NCBI GenBank assembly: GCA_030433395.1
Contig: JAUILX010000001.1
Location: 1-44,238 of the forward strand
Direction: 5' to 3'
Length of the DNA: 44,238 bases
Source of the DNA: Chlamydiia bacterium
Lineage (GTDB): Bacteria; Chlamydiota; Chlamydiia; Chlamydiales; JACKPQ01
Both the position numbers and the translations under genes were made by a program. Below, piece after piece: positions 37,078 to 44,238 of the stretch. Each line of letters begins with the position of its first letter. The stretch's first letter is position 1. A model generated the notes under the pieces. The model was not told the DNA's origin. It worked only from the letters and a program-made list of their open reading frames with translations, and searched no databases.

Positions 37078-37404
37078 ATGAAAGAAAACTATACTCAAGT
37101 GAATAAAAATGCTGACACTTTGTTGCAACAAAATCCTAATACTAAGGTCGGAAGGGGTTTAATGAAGCATGGATATCGCAAGGGAAGTAACTTCCCTAAA
37201 CCCCTTGGAAATCCCGCACAAATCAATGCGCGAGGACAACAGGTTTTAGAGACTATTCTCAATCATCCCGAAAGAACGTATGCTATTCGCAAAACTGGTA
37301 GATTGGGAAAAACAGTGGATATTTTTTCTCCCGAAGGTGGTGCGCGATTTTCATTAAAAGGAGAGTTTATTGGATTTTTAGAGCCGAGGATAAAAAAAAT
37401 ATGA
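37078..37404 (+). CDS. Small orphan protein resembling a stand-alone polymorphic-toxin C-terminal module (tentative)
   Basis: 108 aa. The core is GRGLMKHGYRKGSNFPKPLGNPAQINARGQQVLETILNHPERT...GGARFSLKGEFIGFLEP. The family resemblance is from memory only. An alternative start is M29 (37162), preceded by GGAAGGGG. Confidence 0.35.
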   Translation: MKENYTQVNKNADTLLQQNPNTKVGRGLMKHGYRKGSNFPKPLGNPAQINARGQQVLETILNHPERTYAIRKTGRLGKTVDIFSPEGGARFSLKGEFIGFLEPRIKKI

Positions 37405-37604
37405 AAAATTTTGAAATAGTTATAGCTAGCCTTCCAGACAGAGAAAAAGTTGTAGCTGAAATTTATTGTGGCAATAGCAAATCCACGCGTTGGCGTGAGT
37501 TGAGTGATTTTTTGGCCCACTGTTTCGATAACGCGCCAGCCTCACCGGATTGGTCACGTACTCTTAGCCTAGAATCTGGTTTTGTATCACTTATGTTTAG
37601 TTAA
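37401..37604 (+). pseudogene. Immunity-like ORF truncated after about 25 codons; the rest reads antisense through a pit fragment
   Basis: Forms an ATGA overlap with the upstream ORF. The first 25 aa are MKNFEIVIASLPDREKVVAEIYCGN. From nt 37476 the sequence is the reverse strand of a pit coding segment. Confidence 0.35.
37476..37541. repeat. 66-bp copy of an internal pit coding segment (direct repeat of 37997-38062)
   Basis: 63 of 66 positions are identical. On the minus strand it encodes WRVIETVGQKITQLTPTRGFA, against WRVIETVGRKITQLTPTRGFA in pit. Confidence 0.9.
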
Positions 37605-37672
37605 TTCTGGGAAATCTTGCCGCATTTTTAACTCACCTACAGCGCATTTGCTATGGGATTTATCAAAATTGG
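37564..37672 (-). repeat. Solo copy of the 109-bp IS110 5'-arm segment (partner at 1840-1948)
   Basis: The reverse complement aligns to 1840-1948 with about 83 percent identity by hand count. No transposase ORF is adjacent. Confidence 0.8.
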
Positions 37673-37759
37673 TGTTACTTCTCTCTCCAAAGCCTTCTCC
37701 TGGGAAAAAACCTCGGGTTTTGACAGCAAAAGCAATTTGACGACACTATCTAGCTCGGG

Positions 37760-39181
37760 CTAGAGTATGGTAGAAACAAATCGGATGAGATAATAAAGGC
37801 CGATGCAGGCCAGTGCACTTGATGGCAATGTGATGATCCAAGAAAGCCCGATGTCGCGCAATGTGCTTAGGTTTAATGCAGATAGTCCGCGAGCTAGGCC
37901 AACGCCGAGCACGGCTCCTACAATGCAATGTGTTGTTGAGATTGGCAGCCCGAGTTTTGAGGCAAGTAGGATGGTGATTGCTGCGCCAAATTCTGCAGCA
38001 AATCCACGTGTTGGTGTGAGTTGAGTGATTTTTCGGCCCACTGTTTCGATAACGCGCCAGCCCCATGTTGCAAGTCCAAGCACGATCCCAAAACCACCTA
38101 ATGCTAGAAGCCACACAGGCGTTGTCTTTTGTAGGTTAAGGGTTCCATTGCGGGCGATTTCTAAAACGGCATCCACCGGGCCAATGGCGTTGGCAACATC
38201 ATTTGCTCCATGTGCAAAAGCGACAAAGGATGCACTGATAATTTGTAGATACGAAAACAAATGCTCGACATTTTGATAGCGTGATGAGGGTTTGTAAAAC
38301 TGGGACTCTTTTCGAAGCTGCCTGGTCAGAGCTGCTGTTTGGTCAAGGAGTGCAGATACATCATCTTTGGTAGACCCTTCTGAATCAAGGCGCACACGCT
38401 GCAGATGCTTGAGCGCTTTTTGCATGCTGATAACTTTGCTTCGATCGTTCTCTCTTGCGATATGCTCTTCAATTTGGGCATTCTTTTTAACATAGATGAG
38501 TAAGTAGGCAATGGTCATTGTAATTAATCCAATACTGCAGCTAAGTAACAGGGCTTCGCTGAGGTTAAGAACAACTCCAATGTGATTGAGTCCGTGAAAA
38601 GTTAAGCTGAGTGAAAAGATGAAAAAAACAGCAAAGACCAAAATAGGAATGAGTCGACGACTCATCACAAAGGGTCTTGTGGAGTAAAAAATAACGCGCT
38701 GCAAAAGGATGAATATTATAAAGGCAATGAGACCGCTAAGTATGGGGGATATGACCCAACTCATTGCAATAGCGCCGATGATTGGCCACTGCACAGTCGA
38801 TGCTCCGCCAATTAATATACCAAAACCTAGTACTGCACCAACGATTGCGTGTGTTGTTGAAACTGGCCATCCAAAGTAGGAAGCTACCTGTAGCCAGATG
38901 GCTGTTGCTAGCAGCGCTGCTAGCATTCCATACATGAGAGTATAGGGGTCAGATGCAAACATTTCTGGGTTGATCAATCCTTGCTGCATCGTTTCCGACA
39001 CGCGCGAGCCCATAAAAAAAGCTCCACTAAATTCGAGCACGGCTGCTATAAGCACGGCTTTTTTAAGTGTAAGAGCTTTTGATCCGACAGAGGTGCCCAT
39101 GGCGTTTGCTACGTCATTAGCTCCAATGGACCAAGCCATATAAAGCCCTACCAGCAAGACGATGACAATCCAAAAGATCAT
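37760..39181 (-). CDS. pit: Inorganic phosphate transporter, PiT family
   Basis: 473 aa, polytopic. It has two PiT signatures, GANDVANAMGTSVG and GANDVANAIGPV. Confidence 0.9.
   Translation of the reverse strand: MIFWIVIVLLVGLYMAWSIGANDVANAMGTSVGSKALTLKKAVLIAAVLEFSGAFFMGSRVSETMQQGLINPEMFASDPYTLMYGMLAALLATAIWLQVASYFGWPVSTTHAIVGAVLGFGILIGGASTVQWPIIGAIAMSWVISPILSGLIAFIIFILLQRVIFYSTRPFVMSRRLIPILVFAVFFIFSLSLTFHGLNHIGVVLNLSEALLLSCSIGLITMTIAYLLIYVKKNAQIEEHIARENDRSKVISMQKALKHLQRVRLDSEGSTKDDVSALLDQTAALTRQLRKESQFYKPSSRYQNVEHLFSYLQIISASFVAFAHGANDVANAIGPVDAVLEIARNGTLNLQKTTPVWLLALGGFGIVLGLATWGWRVIETVGRKITQLTPTRGFAAEFGAAITILLASKLGLPISTTHCIVGAVLGVGLARGLSALNLSTLRDIGLSWIITLPSSALACIGLYYLIRFVSTIL
37997..38062. 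repeat. Resident pit copy of the 66-bp repeat
   Basis: See 37476-37541. Confidence 0.9.
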
Positions 39182-39837
39182 TTAACTTCGAGCACCATGC
39201 GTATTCTGTTTGCTAATCGCTCGGAGAGGTGTGACAGGGTACTGACCTCTTCGATAAGACGGATCCATAAGTAAAATGCGGGAGTAGAGAGCTTTTCTGC
39301 TTTTGCAAATAGCTCCTTTGTAAGTGCATGCTTAGCTTTATCAGCTTCATATTCTTTATACGATGTTTTTTCAACCATGCGCTTGACTTTTTCAGCTTCC
39401 ATACCGCCAAAAGACGACTCGACAAGTTCATCGATCTCGCCAATAATGCCGACAGCATCCTCAAAGGCTTCTAAATTTTTGTGATATAAATGCTTTAATT
39501 GGGCTACATCTTCAAGTGGATGAAGCGTTAACAAATTTGCAATGTCCTCTGCCTTATCGGCGATGCTATCTTGTAGGGATAGCATCTCTAAAAATTGGGA
39601 GCGATCAATGGGCAAAAAGATCCCTTTTAGGTGATTTCGAATATCATTTTTTGTGATATCAGCTTCATGCTCTAAAGCAGATAGTTCTTTAGCAAGCGCA
39701 TCGATTTGTTCAATATTTAATTTGTCGAGATCTTTAAAGATATGAGTGAGCTTGTTGATGCATAGATGCACTTTTTCCATGTGCTTTTGCAAAGGCGCGA
39801 AAGGAGATTTTCCAAGAAGTTTTGAAAGTGCTCTCAT
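39178..39837 (-). CDS. DUF47/PhoU-like phosphate transport accessory protein
   Basis: 219 aa, all-helical. It overlaps the pit start by 4 nt, which is the usual partner arrangement for PiT genes. Confidence 0.6.
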   Translation of the reverse strand: MRALSKLLGKSPFAPLQKHMEKVHLCINKLTHIFKDLDKLNIEQIDALAKELSALEHEADITKNDIRNHLKGIFLPIDRSQFLEMLSLQDSIADKAEDIANLLTLHPLEDVAQLKHLYHKNLEAFEDAVGIIGEIDELVESSFGGMEAEKVKRMVEKTSYKEYEADKAKHALTKELFAKAEKLSTPAFYLWIRLIEEVSTLSHLSERLANRIRMVLEVK

Positions 39838-39862
39838 AAGCCTTATGTTGACGCAACTCTAT

Positions 39863-40555
39863 CTAAATTGTCAACGACTCTCTTTGTTTTCCGGTCAAGG
39901 TTTGCACAGCACCTTCGGGCAATTTGCCTAATTCAAGGTTTCCAATTCGGATGCGTTTGAGCTCAAGCACTTCCAAGCCCGCAGAGGAAGCGATGAGGCG
40001 CACTTCGTGTTTTTTCCCCTCTTTAACGCAAATTTTAAAAGTGTTACGCCGTACTTTTTTCACTCTTTTCGGCTTAACAAAAACACCGTCAATTTCAATA
40101 CCTGTGCTCATTTTCACTAGGTGCTCATGCGTGATTTCTGCATCAGTTCTGACAAGGTATTCTTTTGTAATATTTGAAGATGGGTGAATGATCTGGTTGG
40201 CAAAGTCCCCGTCGTTGGTGAGAATGAGTAAACCGGTTGTTTCTCGATCGAGTCTTCCAACGGAAAATAGCCGCGAGTGATGCTCGCTTAAAAGGTCATA
40301 GACAATTTTTTTCCCAATTGGGCGTTTGTGTGTACATTCAAAGCCCCGCGGTTTGTTCATAACGAAATAGACCTTTTTTTGAGAATCGATCGGTTTGCCA
40401 TCAATTGTGATTTTGTCGGTTGATTCAACTTGTGTCTGGGGTTTTTTGCAAACGAGGCCATTGACGGCCACTTTGCCTGAAAAAATCAAGTGATCGCATG
40501 TGCGTCTTGCGGCAACGCCGGCTTCCGCTAGAGCTTTATTGAGTCTCATCGGCAT
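39863..40555 (-). CDS. RsuA/RluB-family rRNA pseudouridine synthase
   Basis: 230 aa with an S4 domain (MRLNKALAEAGVAARR) and the catalytic block GRLDRETTGLLILTNDG. Confidence 0.85.
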   Translation of the reverse strand: MPMRLNKALAEAGVAARRTCDHLIFSGKVAVNGLVCKKPQTQVESTDKITIDGKPIDSQKKVYFVMNKPRGFECTHKRPIGKKIVYDLLSEHHSRLFSVGRLDRETTGLLILTNDGDFANQIIHPSSNITKEYLVRTDAEITHEHLVKMSTGIEIDGVFVKPKRVKKVRRNTFKICVKEGKKHEVRLIASSAGLEVLELKRIRIGNLELGKLPEGAVQTLTGKQRESLTI

Positions 40556-40925
40556 ATTTCCTCAAATAGGGTAAATGATACTGGCTTACATTTTGCATTT
40601 TCGCATAAGCTTCATCTGCGCTCAGTTTTTTTCGATTAATCGTGTAGGCCATGATTAAAGTAGGGCAGCGAACGCAGCCGAGACTGCAATGGACTAAAAT
40701 CGGATGTTTTTTTGAAGCTCGATCCAAAACTTCAAAAGCCTCTTCAAAAATTGATTTAAGACCAGGCCAATCGCTGGCAGGAAAGTAGTGGTGTGTAAAA
40801 TTAGGTTTTTCGGGAAGGGTGACCTTCACTAAACTGACCACTTCAGCATAGGGGCATGCGTTTTTGATCTCATCGAAATAAGCCCTTGAGCTATAGAAAA
40901 TCCCTGGTAATACTTGAGTTGCCAC
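40536..40925 (-). CDS. Minimal dual-specificity (Cys-based, HCX5R) protein phosphatase-like protein
   Basis: 129 aa with a GTG start. It has VLPGIFYSS, a PASDWPG loop Asp 28 residues before the P-loop VHCSLGCVRC, then PTLIMAYTI. Confidence 0.7.
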   Translation of the reverse strand: MATQVLPGIFYSSRAYFDEIKNACPYAEVVSLVKVTLPEKPNFTHHYFPASDWPGLKSIFEEAFEVLDRASKKHPILVHCSLGCVRCPTLIMAYTINRKKLSADEAYAKMQNVSQYHLPYLRKYADETQ

Positions 40926-40980
40926 AGAGCCAGTTTATCATAATCTAGCATATTTTATCAAAATTAGTTATGGTCGGGAC

Positions 40981-41658
40981 ATGGGAAAATCTTTACTTGT
41001 CTTGCTGCGTCATGGCCAATCTGTATGGAATGCAAAAAATTTATTTACAGGTTGGGTTGATATCCCTTTAAGCCAGAAGGGAATTCAAGAGGCCTTAGAT
41101 GCCGGTAAAGCCATTCAACACATTGATTTTCAGGTGATTTATGTCTCATCACTCGTTCGATCTCAACTAACTGCGATGCTTGCAATGAGCATTCATGATG
41201 AGGGGCGCGTCCCGTGTGTCATGCACCCTGGCGAGGGAAAACTTGACGATTGGGACCAAAGTTATGGCAATCAGGATCTGATTCCAACGCACGTAGCCTG
41301 GGAGCTCAATGAGCGTATGTATGGCAAATTGCAGGGTATGAATAAGGACGATGCAAGAGCCGAATTTGGAAAAGAGCAGGTTCATATCTGGAGACGAAGC
41401 TTTTCAAATCCTCCCCCTAATGGAGAAAGCTTAGAAGATACCGCAGCGCGCACTCTACCCTATTTTAAAAAACAGGTCATTCCTCATCTAGAAAACGGTG
41501 AAAATGTGCTGATTTCAGCTCATGGCAACAGCCTTAGAGCCATCATGATGGAGCTAGATCAGCTCTCAGAGAATGAAGTTATTAAATTAGAGATTCCGAC
41601 AGGCCAGCCAATCTGTTATACTTATGCAGATAAGACATTTGAAAAACAGACGTTGTGA
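40981..41658 (+). CDS. gpmA: 2,3-bisphosphoglycerate-dependent phosphoglycerate mutase
   Basis: 225 aa: LLRHGQSVWNAKNLFTGWVD and SAHGNSLRA. Confidence 0.9.
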   Translation: MGKSLLVLLRHGQSVWNAKNLFTGWVDIPLSQKGIQEALDAGKAIQHIDFQVIYVSSLVRSQLTAMLAMSIHDEGRVPCVMHPGEGKLDDWDQSYGNQDLIPTHVAWELNERMYGKLQGMNKDDARAEFGKEQVHIWRRSFSNPPPNGESLEDTAARTLPYFKKQVIPHLENGENVLISAHGNSLRAIMMELDQLSENEVIKLEIPTGQPICYTYADKTFEKQTL

Positions 41659-42608
41659 CAAAAAATTTTCATACACATGTGGGAGCTTTACCCACGGCGG
41701 ATATTCCTGATTGCAAAGAGGCGGAAAAGGCTATTTGCGACCTTGTTGGCACAAGCTTGCCCGGATGGCCTTACTTTGATCGCGCCGAAGCAATTAGCAC
41801 GGTGCTCGTTGGGCATTTCATCGATCAACTCGCAGAATCTGGCAGAAATCATATCCTGACAAGCAATGTAGAAGACGCACCAACCCTGCTTTCAATCCAG
41901 CGGCTCGAGCCTCTTGGCTGTTTTGCCAAAAAAGTATCGGTCAACCCGCAAGGCTTTATCACAGCAGAAGACGTCAAAAAATACATCAATGCGCGCACAG
42001 GTCTTGTCAGCTTATCTTGGGCAAATGCCCTAACAGGAGTTATCCAGCCGATTGCAAGCATTGCAAAAGTTTGTCAAGAAGCTCAAGTCCCCTTGCATGT
42101 CGATGTCAGTCATGTCGCTGGCAAAATGCAAATTCGCATGGATGAAATTGGCATTGATTACCTAACTTGGGATGGCATGCTTTTTTCTAAAGAGCCTTTA
42201 ATGCCGATCGTTTCAGGTCGATCCATTGATCCGAAATGGATTTTACAAAGAGGCGAAAAGGCGCAAGTGCTCATGGATAATTTGGAGCACTTTGCCATTG
42301 AAAGCGCGCGCATCCGCGATGCCTTTGAAAGAAAGCTGACCTTTGGAAAAGCGCTTTTCCAAGACTCAGAGAGGCTGCCTGGAATATCTTGCATCAGCTT
42401 TACAAAAATGACATCCGAGCTTTTAGCATTTCACCTCAAACATGCAGGATTTGATGTTTCATTTGGGGGCGGAGCATTTCAAAATATCGAGCATATTTTA
42501 AAAGCAGCAGGCATTGATGATAGATTAGCAAAAAGTGCGCTTAGCTTTTGCTTGCGACCTGATTCAAACACAAAAGAGCTGCATCTTGCCCTGGAGCAGA
42601 TTTTATGA
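41655..42608 (+). CDS. NifS/IscS-related class V aminotransferase-fold protein, apparently degenerate
   Basis: 317 aa with a GTG start overlapping the gpmA stop. It is IscS-like across HILTSNVEDAP...LVSLSWANALTGVIQPI...VPLHVDVSHVAGK. The SGHK and GSAC motifs are not recognisable. Confidence 0.6.
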   Translation: MTKNFHTHVGALPTADIPDCKEAEKAICDLVGTSLPGWPYFDRAEAISTVLVGHFIDQLAESGRNHILTSNVEDAPTLLSIQRLEPLGCFAKKVSVNPQGFITAEDVKKYINARTGLVSLSWANALTGVIQPIASIAKVCQEAQVPLHVDVSHVAGKMQIRMDEIGIDYLTWDGMLFSKEPLMPIVSGRSIDPKWILQRGEKAQVLMDNLEHFAIESARIRDAFERKLTFGKALFQDSERLPGISCISFTKMTSELLAFHLKHAGFDVSFGGGAFQNIEHILKAAGIDDRLAKSALSFCLRPDSNTKELHLALEQIL

Positions 42609-43315
42609 AGCCCTATCCTTGGCAAAGTTATACAAAAAAAACCATTGAGAAAATCCTTTACCCACAATACGGGGGCACGTTAATAGCGCGCCCAGGTGTG
42701 CGTCTTGTCAGTGGCGTTGACGAATCTTTTCAAATTGACTTTCTCGTTGACGAAACCGATGGCGTCATCGCCGATGTTAAATACACCCACTTTGGGTCAA
42801 CAGCGCTTGTGGCAAGTCTTGAGGCTGCCTGTGCACTTGCCATGCGTAAAAACTATGCCCAAGTCAGACGACTTACAGCCGATCTCATCGATAAAGAATT
42901 GCATTTACCAAATGAGACCTATTCTCACCTCAACCTAGTGCTTTCAGCCATGGATATGGCAATGGAAAAATGTCTGGATCTGCCCCTCCCAGAAGAATAC
43001 ATCGCGCCGCCAATGCCAAGCGAAGCAGGCGAAATTTGCGAATATCCCGGTTTCAAAGAGCTTGATAAAACCAAAAAAATCGCCATTATCGAACAAATGA
43101 TCGATACAGAGGTGCGCCCCTACATCGAGCTAGACGAAGGAGGCATCCGTATTGTTGATTTAAAAGGTGATGAAGTGCTCATTGCTTATGAAGGCGCTTG
43201 CACGACATGCTACTCTGCAACAGGCGCAACACTCAATGCCATTTCCCAATCATTGAAAACCAAAATCCATCCCGATCTAGAGGTCAAGCCTGACTTGAGT
43301 AATTTGGAGTTTTAG
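42605..43315 (+). CDS. NifU-related protein: Cys-poor IscU-like N-domain plus an Nfu-type C-domain
   Basis: 236 aa. The C-terminal block is VRPYIELDEGGIRIVDLKGDEVLIAYEGACTTC. The N-domain has FGSTALVAS where IscU has GC..AIAS. Confidence 0.65.
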   Translation: MKPYPWQSYTKKTIEKILYPQYGGTLIARPGVRLVSGVDESFQIDFLVDETDGVIADVKYTHFGSTALVASLEAACALAMRKNYAQVRRLTADLIDKELHLPNETYSHLNLVLSAMDMAMEKCLDLPLPEEYIAPPMPSEAGEICEYPGFKELDKTKKIAIIEQMIDTEVRPYIELDEGGIRIVDLKGDEVLIAYEGACTTCYSATGATLNAISQSLKTKIHPDLEVKPDLSNLEF

Positions 43316-43317
43316 AA

Positions 43318-43674
43318 ATGAGCGCTTTTGGAAGATTGATGACTACAAGTGAACGAGACAAGGTTCAACAGATGGCAGATAGTGTAGATGAGGTTGTTAA
43401 CGATGAACTGGAAAAAACGATAGCATCTACCCAACAAGAAGCAAAAAAACATTTTGACGTTACAAAGTCACCAGCTGACATTGACTTTTCAGCCTACAAA
43501 TTGGCTGACGATGCCTACAAGAGTTTTAAGCTCAAAGTTAAAGAAAAGTACAACGAAGATTCACCCGATTATGAGCTCGCAGTTGCTATTGCAAATGGGC
43601 TTTCATGGCGTTTCTATGGACCTAGATCGATTCAAAAACAGTTACGTTTAATCATGACAGACTCTGACAACTAA
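43318..43674 (+). CDS. Hypothetical protein
   Basis: 118-aa ORF starting 2 nt after the nifU-like stop. No motif was recognised. Confidence 0.4.
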   Translation: MSAFGRLMTTSERDKVQQMADSVDEVVNDELEKTIASTQQEAKKHFDVTKSPADIDFSAYKLADDAYKSFKLKVKEKYNEDSPDYELAVAIANGLSWRFYGPRSIQKQLRLIMTDSDN

Positions 43675-43719
43675 TCGCGTGTATACAAGCTCTCATCTGA
43701 ATTCTTCTAGAAAAGTAGC

Positions 43720-44238
43720 TTAAAGATCCTCAGCGTTAAGCTTTTTTCCGTCTGGCGAAAAGAGTTGGCTTTTCCATTCAGAAATATTGCGGGAGGTGGA
43801 GCTGAAATTAAGACCAATCACTAAGATGTTTTTATTAGCATCAGCGAAGCGCTCTTTATACTGTTTAAGCTCGGCTTGATCGAATGCGATGGGAGCTGAT
43901 TGGTCTAACTTGAATTCGAAGATACAAGTAGCAGTAGGCATATCAGCAACTAAGTTAACGCGCCCAACATTGGTTGCGACCTCAGCGTGTGTTCTAATCC
44001 CAGACTTCTCTAAAAACGTTAGAAAAATCGCAATCCATTATACCACGTTCGTAATGGGTCTAAAATGTGCGTTTCACCAGGAAAAACACCATCTTGGACA
44101 ATCTTTTGCATATGGGCAGAAAAGCTGTGCTTAATCTCTCCTTCCGTGTAGCCCGTAAGGTGAGAGTATGTTTTATCCATGCTGATATCAAGCACATTAT
44201 TCGGTCCAGAGAACAGAGAAACCTGGGAAAATTTGCTA
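43720..44238 (-). pseudogene. AAA-ATPase-like / PD-(D/E)XK (DUF1703-type) gene remnant, internally deleted and frameshifted, partial at the window edge
   Basis: One minus-strand frame gives SKFSQVSLFSGPNNVLDISMDKTYSHLTGYTEGEIKH...LRTWYNGLRFF, then a stop. A second frame gives GIRTHAEVATNVGRVNLVADMPTATCIFEFKLDQS...ILVIGLNFS, which is the nuclease-like C-terminus. Confidence 0.6.

Noticed and set aside
1-44238. Scan for CRISPR arrays, rRNA, tRNA or tmRNA genes.
   Set aside because: No regularly spaced direct repeats with unique spacers were seen, and no cloverleaf-compatible segments were seen in the intergenic regions. This was by eye only, so tRNAscan and Infernal would be needed for certainty.

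Overview
The gene content and synteny suggest a chromosomal segment from an environmental member of the Chlamydiota (Waddlia/Parachlamydia-like). This assignment is an inference; no search was run. Most of the window is housekeeping. Reading left to right: an AAA+ ATPase fragment, an intact IS110-family insertion sequence, and a CPBP protease, succinate-semialdehyde dehydrogenase and pgeF. Next come rfbD-rfbB-kdsB sugar-nucleotide genes, then a decay zone holding a MITE-like inverted repeat, an IS982 remnant and an ABC-transporter pseudogene. The sufBCDS operon follows, then an ankyrin-repeat lipoprotein. After that are four tandem paralogous cysteine-rich beta-barrel outer-membrane protein genes, each with its own promoter-like site; three also have a downstream hairpin terminator. 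Directly upstream of them lies the chlamydia-type type III secretion block sctJ-(CT560-position ORF)-sctL-sctR-sctS-sctT. The window continues with a GT9 glycosyltransferase, hemH, a Zn/Cd-type P1B ATPase, gmd and an ArtJ-like binding protein. An 888-aa orphan protein with an internal duplication comes next and is a candidate effector. The remainder is glgP, a PiT phosphate transporter with its DUF47 partner, a pseudouridine synthase overlapping a minimal eukaryote-like dual-specificity phosphatase, gpmA with degenerate NifS-like/NifU-like genes (the same order as C. trachomatis CT722-CT720), and a decayed AAA/PD-(D/E)XK gene. The most unusual locus is the glgP-pit intergenic region at 37078-37760. 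It contains an orphan small toxin-like ORF and an ATGA-coupled immunity-like ORF that is cut off after about 25 codons. It also holds a 66-bp antisense copy of an internal pit coding segment and a 109-bp copy of the 5' non-coding arm of the IS110 element found at 1840-1948. No rRNA, tRNA or CRISPR array was seen.
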